A stretch of 64,000 bases of DNA, taken from contig OZ316892.1 in assembly GCA_973895155.1 (NCBI GenBank), forward strand, positions 9,962,283 to 10,026,282, given 5' to 3'. The stretch is from Marsupella aquatica. Lineage: Eukaryota; Plantae; Marchantiophyta. A program made the position numbers and the translations under genes. Below, piece by piece: positions 38,733-52,185 of this stretch (position 1 is the stretch's first letter; every line of letters starts with the position of its first letter). The notes under the pieces were generated by a model. The model was not told the origin of the DNA, ran no database searches, and saw nothing but the letters and a program-made list of their open reading frames with translations.

Positions 38733-41305
38733 TCACGGGCCGAAATTGGATCTACCGCAAGTGTTGCCATTTTCATGACGAGAGGACCGAGAAGTGGGCT
38801 CGGCAAAATATGGTCTACCGTGAATGTTGCTATTTTCAGGACGAGAGGACTCGTGACCATGAAGTCTTCCTGGTTTTGCAGCATAGTTGTTGCCATTTTC
38901 ATGACGAGAGGACTCGTGGTCATGATCGCTTCCTGGTTTCGCAGCTAAGTCTTTTGCAGCAAAGTCATTGGCAACAAAGTCTGGTTCCCCAACAAAACGC
39001 TTCCAATACCAGTGATTTCCCCATACTAGGTCCATTTCCTCAATGGGTATATTTTTGGTCTCGGGAAGGAAAAATGTAATAAAATGTGTCATGATCAACA
39101 CCCAGCCTCCAAAGAAAAGAAAGATTCCCCACTGGAGGAAACACAGCATTGAAAGGAAGACTTGGCCGAGGAAGAATGAACAGAAGAAGTTGACAAACAC
39201 TGTAACACCTTGGGCTGCAGATCTGATTTCCAAAGGGAAAACTTCGCTAGGGACCAACCAGCCTAAAGGTCCCCATGACCAGGCGAAAGCTGCCACATAG
39301 ATGCAGATGCAAATTACCACCGTCACGCCCCATGCCTTGGGGAGCTGACCGTCGTGGTAGAAGAATTTGAGAATACATCCAATAACAATCTGATGACAAT
39401 ATCAATACGAGAGTACAGTGAGATATATAATCATTGATCTGATCTGAAGGAATGCACGTATCTCTAACACAAACGCTAATAAATGTCCTAGATCAATACC
39501 AGGCAAAGCTAGAGGATTCAGAGTCAGAAACAACGTCATAGAAACGAAAACACAAAATACTCGCACTCATCGCTTATATTCATGCGACTAACTATCTCAC
39601 CAATCGATGCGAGAGGGCAAAGTGAGAACTTTAGAAAGGCGAATTCATTGATCTGACGTACGCGAAGAACCGCATCTCCAACCGAAGTATCTTATGCGAT
39701 CTTTGCGAGGGTAAAGTGACAAGATCAGAAAAGTCAACGTATTCATCGACCGTACTCAAACGATGTACTCAATCCCGCATCTCCAACACAAATGCGAATC
39801 TAAATATAGGCGTGCAGGGCTCAACTGGAATTTAAGACATGTCGTGCGGCGGAGCTCATGGAAGGTAGCTGGGCACTTCACCTGGCTCAAGAACATTTGG
39901 GCTCCTCCTTGCCAGAACAGAACTTTTCGGCCCAATCTGTCTACCGTAGCGATAGAAACAAAAGTGGACAAGACGTTTACGGCTCCTGTGATGACAGAAG
40001 AGTACAGCGCCGCCTCGCTACCAAAACCCAGTGCCACGAAAAGCACCGGTGCGTAGAACATGATTGCATTGATGCCAGTGACCTGCTGGAAGAACGGGAT
40101 CAAAATTGCTATGCAGAGCTGAGGGCGGTGCTTCCTGCTGATGAGGTTCCGGAGCGGGTTCTTGATGCTATGAGCCTCATGACTGGCAATAACGATCTCA
40201 TCAAACTCCTCGTCGACGTTCTCTGTGCCACGGATTCTCTTGAGGGTCGCCTTCCCTTTGTCATATTTGTTACGCTCGATCAAGTTGTTGGGCGTTTCAG
40301 ACACAGAAATGCCTCCCAAGATAAGGATGGCTGCTGGCACGGCAGCAAATCCGAGCGACAATCGCCAGCCCCAGAGCTCTATCGTTTTCTGTCCTGCTCC
40401 GTAATTGATCACGCTAGCGACGAGTATACCAATGGTAGTCGCCAACTGGAAGCAAATGTTCAACGCGCCTCTGAGGTGTGCGGGGGCCATCTCCGACAGG
40501 TAGAGAGGCACAGCCTGCAGATCAACACCCACAAGACATACAACCTTAAATTTAGGAATGGCACGGACGGTAAAGTTTCAATTAATGATTCCAGAAACAA
40601 TCAGAGTTGTTGACCATGAAGACATAAGATGCTTTACTTTGGTAATCTGAATCGACTCACCTGACTGGCGAACCCAATGCCAATACCCAGGGCGATTCGG
40701 CCCGCAATTAGCATTACCAACTCCAGGGCAATCCCATTCAGCATGGCTCCGGTCAAACAGCAAATGCCACCAATGAGCATGGATGGGCGCCGCCCCCAAT
40801 GCTGCGTCGTCCAGGAAGCACAAAAGCTGCCAGTCAACCCGGCCAGGAAAAGGGAAGACGTGAACAGCTGCAAACTTTGATCATTATAACCACAGTAGGA
40901 GTGCGTAGTAGGCTTTCTGGCATCAAGCTTCGGGAAAAACTTCGTCAGGAAGTTGTCCATAGCAGTGACTCCTCCTGTTCATGAACCACCCACAATATTC
41001 TTCAGAACCATATATATATTCATCAACGGCATGTGAAAGAAAGCATGATCTCGAATTTGAGCTCGATCTATAAGTGCGTCGCAAAAACACTCTATACATA
41101 ATACTTTGAAATCTCGGCAGGAAAGTCTACTGTGCACGAATTGATTTCATGAGACTAACGTACACCGACCTGTGACACCGATTTCATATCCGTAAATGAG
41201 ACCACCACTGGCTGCAACGACACAGACGAGCAACAAGTAACCGGTGACCTTCGCTTTAGACTTCCTTCCCGGCGAGAGCGTTGTAATGGTCGGACTTGCC
41301 GTCAT
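38733..41305 (-). CDS. STP: Sugar transport protein (STP, MFS hexose/H+ symporter family); 4 exons, repeat-extended C-terminus
   Basis: [15 protein letters not shown]; LQLFTSSL; [11 protein letters not shown]; [17 protein letters not shown]; [14 protein letters not shown]; LPETK. Exons 41305-41170, 40974-40661, 40514-39882, 39389-38733. Confidence 0.95.
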
Positions 41306-43659
41306 CTTGGCTCTTCCACCTTACGCCTACTCGCTCGTTAGATCACTAGAATGTTTTCGAGTCCTGAAAACTACGTGTGTAACCGGAGTGACTACGCCAG
41401 CATCGTCCGATACTAAGCAACACGCTACACCAAAGTCCAACACAACGCTAGCAAAGCCATGCTGAGCTCATCTACGTACAACAGGCCGAGTCAATTTGTA
41501 GTATAACTGGATAATACTCTTCTTCTCCGTTAGTATGCACGAGATCAGTGAGACGGCATTCAGGTACGTGGTGTGAAGGATCCTAGCTTTTAAAGGGGTG
41601 AAAGCTATGTCCTGCTTCAGCTTCCATCACCAGTGAGCCTACATTTGTAGTGTGAAGCACCGATATATATAATACCTAGGCATCCAAATGAATTGAGTGG
41701 AATCTCGTCCATGAATCCGACCCTGTCGTGCCTGCGCTACATTCCAAGCCCAACTCAAATTCGTTTACGTGCAGCGATTATAATGGTTTTTCTCGCTAGG
41801 CGCCTGGACTTTGATATATAGTTGTATGGCTACAGCTTTATTCTTCCCTTTCTAGTCGTAAGGACGGTCACCATGAAGGTAGGAACAGACCATGAAGCCA
41901 ACACAAGCAGATGAGCCTTGTGGTTGCCCCTACACCTGTATACGATGAATTGAGGCATATCTACACTTCAATTTCAGTGAGACGTTGCCTTTCACGCGCG
42001 AAAAGCTGTTTCATTGCCTTGCAATCCTAGTCCTCTAAGTACATCTGAGCGGTTAAAGTGGACACAGTCCTTCGGAATTTCTTGCAACCTTCTTGAATTA
42101 TACCTTTAATTTTTTCTCTCACTGGTTCCCCCATCCATTTCCAGGTTGATTTCAGTGCACGCTCATTTTCCTTTGCCGTCTAGCTAAATAATAGCATTCC
42201 CTTCAAACGTTGCATAATACATGTCGCCCTATTTGTCTCTTCCACCATTTAACATCTATGTATTCACTACTCTAACTTATATCTCCAAATATTTTGGCCC
42301 TTATTTTATCTTGTGCCCCACATGCATGCATTACGTCGTTGCATTCATTGAATCCACCCTGGGACTTGTTGGCTCTTTGGTCTGCCCCAGGACTTTTCCC
42401 TTGTTTTCTCTCTATTGTTTGGTCTCGTGCCTTTGGGATACTATATCCTGTTTTGGCGTTACAAGCTAGGTTCACGTACCTGAGACTGTGTCCAGGCAAA
42501 GCATATCGAACATATGCAAGCTTTATTTCAAAACGTGCAGCTCTTGGGCAACTTTGAGCTCAGGGGGTTGTACCTGGTGGCGTACATGCCCAGGAGTTGA
42601 TAATAACATCGAGATCTGAGGAAGTGACAGCAAGCTTTCGATATATCTGAATAAATCTAATCCCTAGACTCGGGGCTTAAAGATTAGATCTAGCTGATTA
42701 TGATTGTATGTTATGATCATAATTTAAGCCTGTATCTCAATCTCAGAAGTCTTGAAATGCATTTAACTGTCCTGGAAGGAAACTTCAGAATGGACTCTAG
42801 TGAAAGTGCTGCCACTTCACCGTTTCACCTACCAACAGAACGGATAGATACATATATATCTTAGCGGAATTGTAGACGCTCAATGTGATTTGCTTTTCAC
42901 TGAAGTGTACTATCTAGGTCTGCTCTTTGCTCTTACGATTGCCAGTGCGCTCAAGACACCCGTAGTTCAACAAAATGAATTCTGAACCACTAGAGAATCC
43001 GGAGATCTCGCCAGCTATCCAATAACCTGGGCTAAGCAGTTAAATGATTAACTCGTGGCTTGAGAGTTCTGGTAGGCATTCAATTTTTACAGTCTGCTTA
43101 CTCAGCCGTACCATGAGCATTGTAAGTTTCCCGAACTTGTATTTTCATGGGGGTGAAGATATTATTAAAATGGTTTTCATAGAAGCTTACACCTCCCATA
43201 GGTATTTACAAGATTAAAGTGGCAGCGACGTCAAGCAAATTCTGGGCAAAACAGCTGAGGCCGGAACTGGCCAGCGCGCATGTTCAGTTAGGTTAAGCCA
43301 GATCGAGACAGTAAGTCAAAACGTATTAGAAAGATAGAATTCGCGATTTTTGTGAAGTGAACCAAACTGGAACGATATTCCAGCGTCACTCAGTCACACT
43401 AATAGGGAGGGAGCTAGGATAAAGACCCGTGAAATCCATCTTACGTACGTTTCTTGTTCCAGGTGCATTTATATACTTCAATGTACTGCACATGAAGTAA
43501 GTGCGCCCGGAGCTGACTTAGAACCAGAGTCTCCACTTCAGAAGAGGGACAAGGGAGTGATACGGTATGTGCACACACATGGTAGTAACCCAAAGATATA
43601 ACATCGCGGACATTGAGGTGGGGAGCTCAACCAAAGCATCGTCGAGGCTAGAGCGTCGT

Positions 43660-45099
43660 CACCTGCGCCTACCGTTGTTAGGATTGAGAAGAAAGCTCGG
43701 ACGAGAAGAGTTCATACTACTGTGCCACTGAATTTCGGGTCCTTACTGAGACCAGTACGTTCAATACTGCAGTATTTTGTCGATTCCGCTCCCAATGCAG
43801 ATTCTATCGCAAATACCGCACCGTACCTGAGCCCTTCTCAACAGGAAACAATACCTGTCTTAAGTCCCTAACAGCCTATGCTTAATTGGTACCCAATCGT
43901 CAACGAAGAGACTTCGGACGAGAAGAGTTCCCGTGGGAGGACAAACTTTCGGATCCTTAATGACACCGGGATTTTTGTAGATTCCGCTCCCAATGCAGAT
44001 TCGATCCTAGATACCGAACTGTACCTGCGCGCACCGTTGTTAGGATTGACAAGACATCTGGGATGGCTCGAGTTCCCGGTTTTAACTGACGGACAAGTTG
44101 TAGTTCTGGACTAATTAAGGTGCCACTAAATTTCCTATGGGAGGACAAACTTTCGGACCAGTATTTTGTCGATCTCGCTCCCATTAACCATTAATGCAGA
44201 TGCACTGTATCGATCTGGGCTCAGCAGGAAATGAGAGCTTTCCCCACCAGCCTGATGCTCAATTGGTACCCAATTGTCTTGCTGAGTGTATTCATAAGGA
44301 CTGTGACAAGCACAGACGTATGGGACCTCCATGAAGACATATACTCAGCCTGCAAGTTCCAACATCGAGACAGTGAAGATTTAAGGCCGAAAGTCGCAAC
44401 TCTGACGCTGCACGAGCTGACATGTGTTTAATCTCGGGAGTAGGACTGAAGTCACTCTGACCTCCACGAAGACAAGCTGCAAGTTCCGCTGGTTCGATCC
44501 ACCTCGGCCACAGTTCTCCTTGGTTAGCTTAGTTTCTTTACAAAGCCCTCAAGCACCTAGTAAATGGTACCTCACCTGTACAGTAAATGGCACTGCCCAC
44601 TCTTTGGGAGTGTTGATCCTGTACAGTTAGCAAATCCTCTCATTCGCTGCAGTCGTAAAGGATCCGCACCGGCATCGGACTGGCATGTCCAAAGGTATAT
44701 GTACCTCTTTGTCTCGAATTATTGCTAGCTTGCACCTGTGATTAGCGGAGCCAAAGTTTCTGCATTTTTGTTTAGCTAGTGCTCCCCGAACCACGTCTAT
44801 GCCTCTGCCACATGTTCACATCTAATGGCCCCTGCAACATTCACTTGCGTTTTGAAACTTTTGGCAGGCAGTAGTGAAATGACGTCCAAAAGGTCCGACC
44901 TCCGAACCATGCTGGTCATGATTCGGCAGCATGATTCCTCCGACGAACCAGCCGCAAAACTGGTGTACTTTGTGGCCTCCCCAGCCAGTTTTTGCGCTTC
45001 ATCGAGCCTTTTTGTAGACAGTGCTGAGAATTCGTCAAATTCCACGTCAACTCCCGGCGTCAACTCGAATGTCTTGCCAAAACCTTTTTTGTTTTCCAT
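43660..45099 (-). pseudogene. Degraded gene remnant of unknown family with shuffled, repeated fragments
   Basis: 100-aa ORF at 44797-45099, exon-like pieces downstream, and 15-35-bp blocks repeated 2-3 times at 43660-44280. Confidence 0.35.
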
Positions 45100-46213
45100 T
45101 AGCTACAGTCGTTTCCCAGCTTGCCACTAACCCAACTTGATGGTTATCCTCAGATCTAGGGAAATCTGACAATCAGAAATGATTCAGAATTTTCCTGGTA
45201 TCTACTCCTTAACTCAAACATTGGCCACTACTGGTAGCCAGGGGGAAAAGGGAAAGTATTACAACTTACCCCGCCTGAGATCTGGCCCCCCCCTGGCCTC
45301 GTTCTTTCAGGATGTTCAATGCAAATCTTCGAGGCAAGAAACATCACAGGTTAATATGTTCTCCCAATCTTACCTTCGAATTAAATGCCACCAGACAGGC
45401 ACTAACTTCAACCAGCTGAGCAACCATATTTGTGGTGGCATGGTGATGATTCGTCGGCTCAGTCAAGTGGAGAGATGGGTGACATAGTCCCAATTATAAG
45501 AATCGGGAATTACGGGATCCTTCGAACCACTGCAGCGGCTGTTCCCGTCAAGCCCATGCAAAAGGCAAGTTGCCAGAATTATATGCGGCCCTTAACTGAG
45601 GCGGCGAGAGTCTCCAAGCAAAGCAAAGCAAACAAATAAGCCAAACGTAACTCAAAGGACTTTGTCTTATTAAAGCAAACGTAACTCAAAGGAGCCCACC
45701 AATTCCCTGCGTTGTGTTCCTAGATTTCCTAGATTAATCAGTGTGCGTACCAGCGTATCTTTAGGGTTTTTAAATTTTTAGCCAGTGTGGCAAGGCAAAT
45801 GTGAGTAGCTCTAAGGGTTAGGAATATATTCTTTATCAGTTTTTCTGGATTACATCCTGACGGTCAAATATCCCTAGATTTAGGGATGACCTTTACGATC
45901 TGGTAAATGGAGTCCATGATTAGGTGGGAAAGTGACAAATTACATAAAAAAATGTAACAAATATTAACCAAATGGGGGCAAACAATTTTAGGGGAGGTGG
46001 AATTTGGCTAAGTTTTGCACCTAACAAATAGGCTGGTGCATACTTACAGAACTGAACTTGAGCATATCACGCTTAGCAGGGGAGAAAATTTCCGAATCTG
46101 CTTTGTCCCTAAAGGTTTGTGAGTGCTAAGCACCAGATTCTTCAGGGCTGAGTTCATGTGAGTTGGCCATACTTAAGGCCAGGTGGGATAGTGAACCAAA
46201 ATGACGAAAGGAT

Positions 46214-46672
46214 CCCAGGTACGTAACTCTTGTATAATAGGCACGGGTCTACATTTTTATATGGACAAAAAAGTTGGTTATACAAAATAATTAAAATTTG
46301 GAACAATCTTGGTTTTTTCAAGTCATAGAAAAGGTTTGTTTTTCATCTTTTTCCAATGAAATTAAAAAATATTCCTAGACATCTTGCAATTTTAATTAAA
46401 ATATTTTTAGAATTTTACTGAAAATCCTAAAAAGCTGGCTAGTTTGGCTGTAGACGTTTGTATTAAAAAAAACCATATAATTTGATTTTGATCAGCATTT
46501 TATACTTCCAAACATGTTTGGTTTTTTTTTAAAGTTACATTTTTGGATTCCTTGAATTGATAGGTACAAGACTTTAGTAGACTAAAATGAAATCTAAGAT
46601 GGTCAATTAGATATAAGGACATTATTAGGAATTTAAAACTTGCCTTATCGAAAGGGGAGTTGCCTACCCGGG
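46214..46672. mobile_element. MITE copy 2 (inverted relative to copy 1)
   Basis: TIRs CCCAGGTACGTAACTC / GAGTTGCCTACCCGGG; TSD GAAAGGAT / GAAAGGAC; interior matches the reverse complement of 18689-19163. Confidence 0.9.
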
Positions 46673-49445
46673 GAAAGGACATTTAGGGTCTCTCTATACC
46701 ACATCAGTTGGTGTTATGTGCATTTTTCCAACAGGAGGATAGCGCCCATTGGTGGCTCAAGAAAAAGTTCATCAAAAAGGCCTAGTCTGGGGCCCATTTA
46801 GAACATTCCCTACCTTTGTCTCTAGCGGCCACTCTAATATCAAACCTACTTAGGACAGAAGTAACTAGGAATAAGCTCAAACCAAAGGTTGCACAAGCTT
46901 GAGGTTTTGGGAGTTCACAATGCTGAGTGGGACTCAACTTGCATGATGGAGAGTACATCTGGTGAGAATCTTTGGGGCAGAGTTCGGGGCAGAGGTCATA
47001 TAAAAGAGAGCCTTCTATGTACTAAAGGTACATAAGACTGTGGCAATTGCTTTTTAAGAGAAATCACTAGGAATATCTACACATTTCTGGGTGAAAGAAT
47101 GCTCAGATGGACCTCAATGTTTGCTGATCTGCTTGCATAATTTTTTGCAGCTTGGCTGAAACGTTTTACACTTTAGAGTAGAATATACATATAGCATATA
47201 AAATCAAAATCAAAATCAAAATCTATTCGATGCTCTGACTGGATCATCTTTCGAGATAGATTTCTCAGACCCACTGACTTCAGCTTGTTAGAAATGGCAT
47301 CAATTGACCCCCCTGTGTAGTTTACTCAAAAGCTGTACCAGGCTTTTCAGTTTGTAAATAAGTAGGGTTTAGCCTTTTGGTGTCTTTGGTTGTTCTTGTG
47401 CAGGGCTTGTGCCCTGGTCTTTCTGTCTTTTGGCCTTTGCGTTGTTTTCCCTTCATTGGGTTTTTTCCCTGAGGGATCATGTCTCTCGGCTGGGCAGTTT
47501 GAAATATAAATTGAGCTTTATGACAAACTTGTAACTTCCATGCCCAAATAATCTACCCTACATGGAAACCCTTAGGCAAATTATCCCAACATTCAGGTGA
47601 GAATGCAGCAAACCCAAATAATCCAAGAATTACGCTTAAGCATTTATGTGAACATGCCTCCTGCCCAAACCTTTCCCCAGACCGTCACACAATATTGCAA
47701 CCTTTGAAAATCTTAAGAGTAAGGCCCATGACAGTGAGTTGTCCCAGATCATTGAATGCCAATCTGCTTCTTGGGGGTTGCAGTCAGGATCCGGAGACAA
47801 CCTCATGCTTTGAGACACATAGCAACCCAAAACTGTGGCAGGGATTAAGTTGGGTCACTATGTCAGTGCAAGAATGGTCTGGACTAAAATGTGCAGGACC
47901 CAACTCGGTCAATCGCACGCAGTTTGAGGTTCCATCGATCACACCACAATAATTTGGAATGCCCGGAACGCCCGATATTTGCTGGTTTGAGACTACTTAT
48001 TGTTCTAGGAGGGGGGGGGGAGACAGAAGCAAGAGGGGTCATGGAGATGAAATTGAGGTGTGGGGGAGCAGGGTCTTGGCTCCCATGAATGTTACTCCTC
48101 CCCCCCCCCCCAAAAACAAAACAAAAAAACAAAAAAAACTATGGAGGGGTACGAGTCAACTTGCATGTTGAGGTCCTCAACAATAAGGTCCTAAGCATTA
48201 GCAAAATATTAGGGGGAAAAGGTCTTGTTTTACAACTATATCTGCTGACTGACGACGCCAAAGCGTGCAATGGCAGAGTTTCACGACAAATGTCGCGATC
48301 GAGCTTTTTTTAGTACTAGAATTTGAGGTCAGGACCTCAAGGGCTGGAACTTTTCCGGCCCTTGCCCTTGTAGCTTTTGATTTTTTGTCGCCAGGCCTCG
48401 CACAGGAGGGGGTTAAGGTATTGTTTTCTTGCTCACTTATATTCTGCCATGAGGCAATTTGAGGGCTCGATGGCATAGGGCTACTCACATGCAAGTTGGC
48501 TTAACTCCCTAGTAGTGGGTCATCTGGATCGTTTGACTACCCATCCACAGAGAGTGGCTCTTGGGGATTTGGGGTCAGGGTCTTGGGGGCAGGAGAGGGT
48601 ACGAGGCATGGAATGAGGGTTCCATAGATTGTTATGAGAGGGGAGGGAAGCCCAATATTGGGGAAGGAAGCGTTAAGGGGCCAAATTTGGGCATGGACCC
48701 AGGGGCCTTCGTGAATCCTTTTGTGCCCATACTGACCCTCAGACCATTTAGGATGCGATTCGGAGGCACCGATTGACTGATGCAAATCACGATGAGACTA
48801 GACTTCTCTGGCTCGGCAGCCATGGATTCCATCAACCTGAGCTCGGTTGTCGCTACCACTCCCATGGTCGATGTCGCTGCAGGAGTCCCTCGAGGTCGTA
48901 TGAGCCCCAGGACCCACAATCCAAATCGGCTGAATTTTCAGGTACTGTTGTGTTGAGGAAGTGGGTTTGATTGAACTCGGCAGAGTGAGTCACGCCTCCA
49001 CTGCTGTGGTTGTGGTTTGAATTGGGTTGCCCCTGCTGCTTCTGGTTTGGATTGTAGTCGCTCTGTCTGTACTGGATATTCCGTACCTTGGGTTGGCTCT
49101 GAACGTGAGGGATTTGAATTCTCTGGCATTTCCTCACTTGTATCGAAATTCTCCCCCGTTTTGGTCAATTTGGGATTGAAATTTGCTTAATCCAAGTCCA
49201 CATTGAACAGCGTTATAAATTCTGGTCGGAAGATTCTAGTGAGGTTTCCATGGGACTGATATGCCATTTTGTTCTCCTGTCTCTTCATGCCCCTGTTTTG
49301 ATCTCCTCTTTTGTTTACACCAGATTTAAAAGTTGAAATGGAAAGCTGAAATAGCCATGTAGCTTGTTATGATATTGAGATAAAGTCAATGGAAGTTATA
49401 CTGTTTGAAATGATCGAAGAAATGTCATGTTTTGGTTGACGCTAG

Positions 49446-52185
49446 GTTCAGGTCCCAGTTCCACGTCATGAAGCTGGAAAGGTTTTCCTCTCCTCTAACC
49501 GAACTGTCGTGTGCCACGAACTGAACAAACTGCCAAGACTTCCAGCTATTCTGTCAAGCAAACATCAGGCAAGTGCCTAACACTTCACGGTTTGGGTGAA
49601 TGCAACCGACGCCATTTGTCTGCAAAGCAATGATCATTCAAGAATAATCTTATATAAAACGCAAGTTAGTAGTGCATAGCTCTTGAAAGCTGAAGGCTGG
49701 TTGTAACAGGGCATTCTCATTTTGGTACTTTTCATTGCAGGTGAAGCAAATGGAACGAAAAAGACATCGAGGTGGGACAGTTTGGGCGAGTGGAGGAGTT
49801 GGGGAGACTACTGAATCTGTCTCAACAAGGGGCGAAGAAACCATCGAGGATTTGAAGAAAGCAGTAATGCGTGCTGTGTCAGATACGAACCGTGGCAAGG
49901 TTACAGTCACCTAGGTTCTGCTTAAGCTCCAACCAAAGAAGCCAAACTCTGGAAATCTTGCAACAATTCAATCTTGTTAGTTAGATACTTGTGATGACTG
50001 CACCATATATCCAGTGCAAACGATAGTTTCTTCACCATTCCCTCCCTCATCGTCAGGAGCTCTTGATTTTATTTTTTTTATTGAGTGCTGAATTGAAGTC
50101 TCATGAAAAGCGCGGATCTTGCCTCAGTTTACGAGTAGGAAGTCCCTAATTCTGTTGTTTTTTCTTTTGTTCACCCAGGACACAACCTACCAGCAGAGGC
50201 AGGCCATACTAAAGCTTATTGAAGTGAGTGAACTACTTTCTGATATGTCTGCTTTTGTCTCCAGAGCCCAGGAAAATAAGTCAAAGCTCATTATTTTCTT
50301 GACCCAAGCACTGAAGTAATTTAGAATGGAAATTTCCATCTACCTTTATTGAGTGGATATTTAGTGCTACTGTTGGAACTATGTGCAGAAGTTGGAAGAT
50401 ATGAACCCAACAGGAGACCCAATCGACTCACCCTTATTTTCTGGACGTTACGCTCTCTTGTATACTGCACCTGTTGATGGTATGCATGAATTACTGCTGG
50501 CCGTAACACTGTCCGTTTTGGACTTTCCAGGATGGAATAATTGTCACTTTGTGAAGCTTAAAAGAGGAAATTCACTCTGGGCCGTAGCAGAGAGCATCTC
50601 CTAGAGTCCTGCATGATGGCCCTAAAGTGAAATTGGTCATCTGTTCTGAAATTTACACATGACTACTAATTAACTATGTGGATTTTCCTTATGACTGGAT
50701 TTTCATTGCTTTTTAGAGAAGACTGCAGACAAATATGCTGGTACTGAAGAGGGGCCCTTTTTAGCTAGGGTTAAGCCAGCAGCTCTTGGATCTGTGAGAC
50801 AGACTAGAAGCACACAGGTGATTCGCAGAAACTCCCCAGTTTCTTTCTTGATTTACTGATACAATGTACAGTGTGGAGGGTCCTTATTTGGAGCATGGCT
50901 GACTTTGCACTGACGAGACCCTGATAATTTCGTTTGTTCAGGTCCTTGATACTCTTGGAGGGGCTGCCCAAAATATTGCGGACTTCGTTTTCTTCGGCGT
51001 GAATGGTAAGAGCCCGTTGCCACATTGGATACATTTCAAAACTAACTTGGGAGAAAAACTAACTTGGGAGAAAGCATTATCCGGCTGGTGTTCTCACCCT
51101 TTGTTTGGCATTTAGATAGACCACAAGAAGCATTTTGTTGAATGTTTCACATACACCTGCATTCCTTACCTGCTGCCCTCCAGAGTTGTGGAAGGAAATG
51201 TACGACTCTTTTGGAAGTTTCCTTTGGCATGTTCTTCATTTTGGGTAGTGAACTTCAGTGACACCGTCTCCTTCCATGTTTTGGTAAACTTTCAAGTAAT
51301 TAATCGTAGAAAATGAAGTACTAACGGTCGATAGTGGGAGCTTGCAGCTGCTTTGAGTTTCGTACAGGAGGTAATTGAAATGTGGTTTGATGTTGCTATG
51401 CAGGCTCCTTGAACATTAAGGGAAGTGTCCTAAAGGCTGCTCCTGTGTCAAAAGGAGCTATAAGGGTGGACGTGACTTTTCAAAGCTTTGTACTAAAAAT
51501 CGGGAAGTGGACGTCGCCATCCATTTCACTTGGATGGATCAACCCAAAGGGGTATACGGATGGACTTTTCTATACGTGCTTGTTCTGACAAATTGTCCCA
51601 GAAATGCGTAGACTCTGGGGCATCTCAATTTCAATTTATTGTAGGGAAAGTTCGGTATGAGCACCGTCGTCGGATTAGATTTTACTCCTGCATATGAAAT
51701 TTCTTTCGTTTGACAATTCAAGTGTCATAAAGTCAACTAATCTATTCTTAGTAAGGCACTATGTGAAGAGTTCATGGTTCTAAATTGGTCCTGGCGTATC
51801 ATGTGTGTAGAGCCTATACCTCAAAGTGCATCATTAGGGCCCTCTCTTTTGCTGCTACATTTTAACACAGTTCAGGACATCTCTCAGAAAACAGTTCTCT
51901 TATTTGTGGTACACGGATCTTGTACGACATAGCTACGGGATTTGGGGGATCAATAAGCAGATTTATATAAACTGTAGTATTAAAAATACTCTGTTTTGGC
52001 GCATGCATTTCAAGTATTTTATTCTAAGGGTTCTCCCAGGGGGTGTTTGGTGTATCACTAACATATCCTACTGTCAACTTGACTGTGGCAGTTGGATAGA
52101 CACAACGTTTCTTGACGAGGACATGCGAGTGGGCCGAGGTGACAAGGGATCAATTTTTGTCGCAATTCGTATAAACGAAGCTTAG
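49446..52185 (+). CDS. PAP/fibrillin-domain plastid protein; start exon uncertain
   Basis: LKKAVMRAVSDTNRG; LEDMNPT...GRYALLYT; RVDVTF; WIDTTFLDEDMRVGRGDKGSIFV. Exons ~49446-49568 (GC donor), 49741-49899, 50179-50223, 50389-50479, 50717-50817, 50942-51005, ~51404-51551, 52092-52185. Confidence 0.88.

Noticed and set aside
38540-39079. Overlapping ORFs with repeated peptides in other frames
   Set aside because: Explained by the 63-bp repeat keeping several frames open; the STP frame is continuous with the conserved domain.
39858-40613. 251-aa plus-strand ORF
   Set aside because: Antisense shadow of STP exon 3 with no independent motifs.
1-41305. GDSL + ALDH + sugar transporter as a biosynthetic gene cluster
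   Set aside because: No scaffold-forming enzyme, the genes are widely separated by TEs, and there is no co-expression evidence.
46690-49170. Possible LINE remnants and a SINE-like piece with an A-rich tail (~48000-48140)
   Set aside because: Probably TE debris, but no diagnostic motif, TSD or boundary could be fixed by eye.
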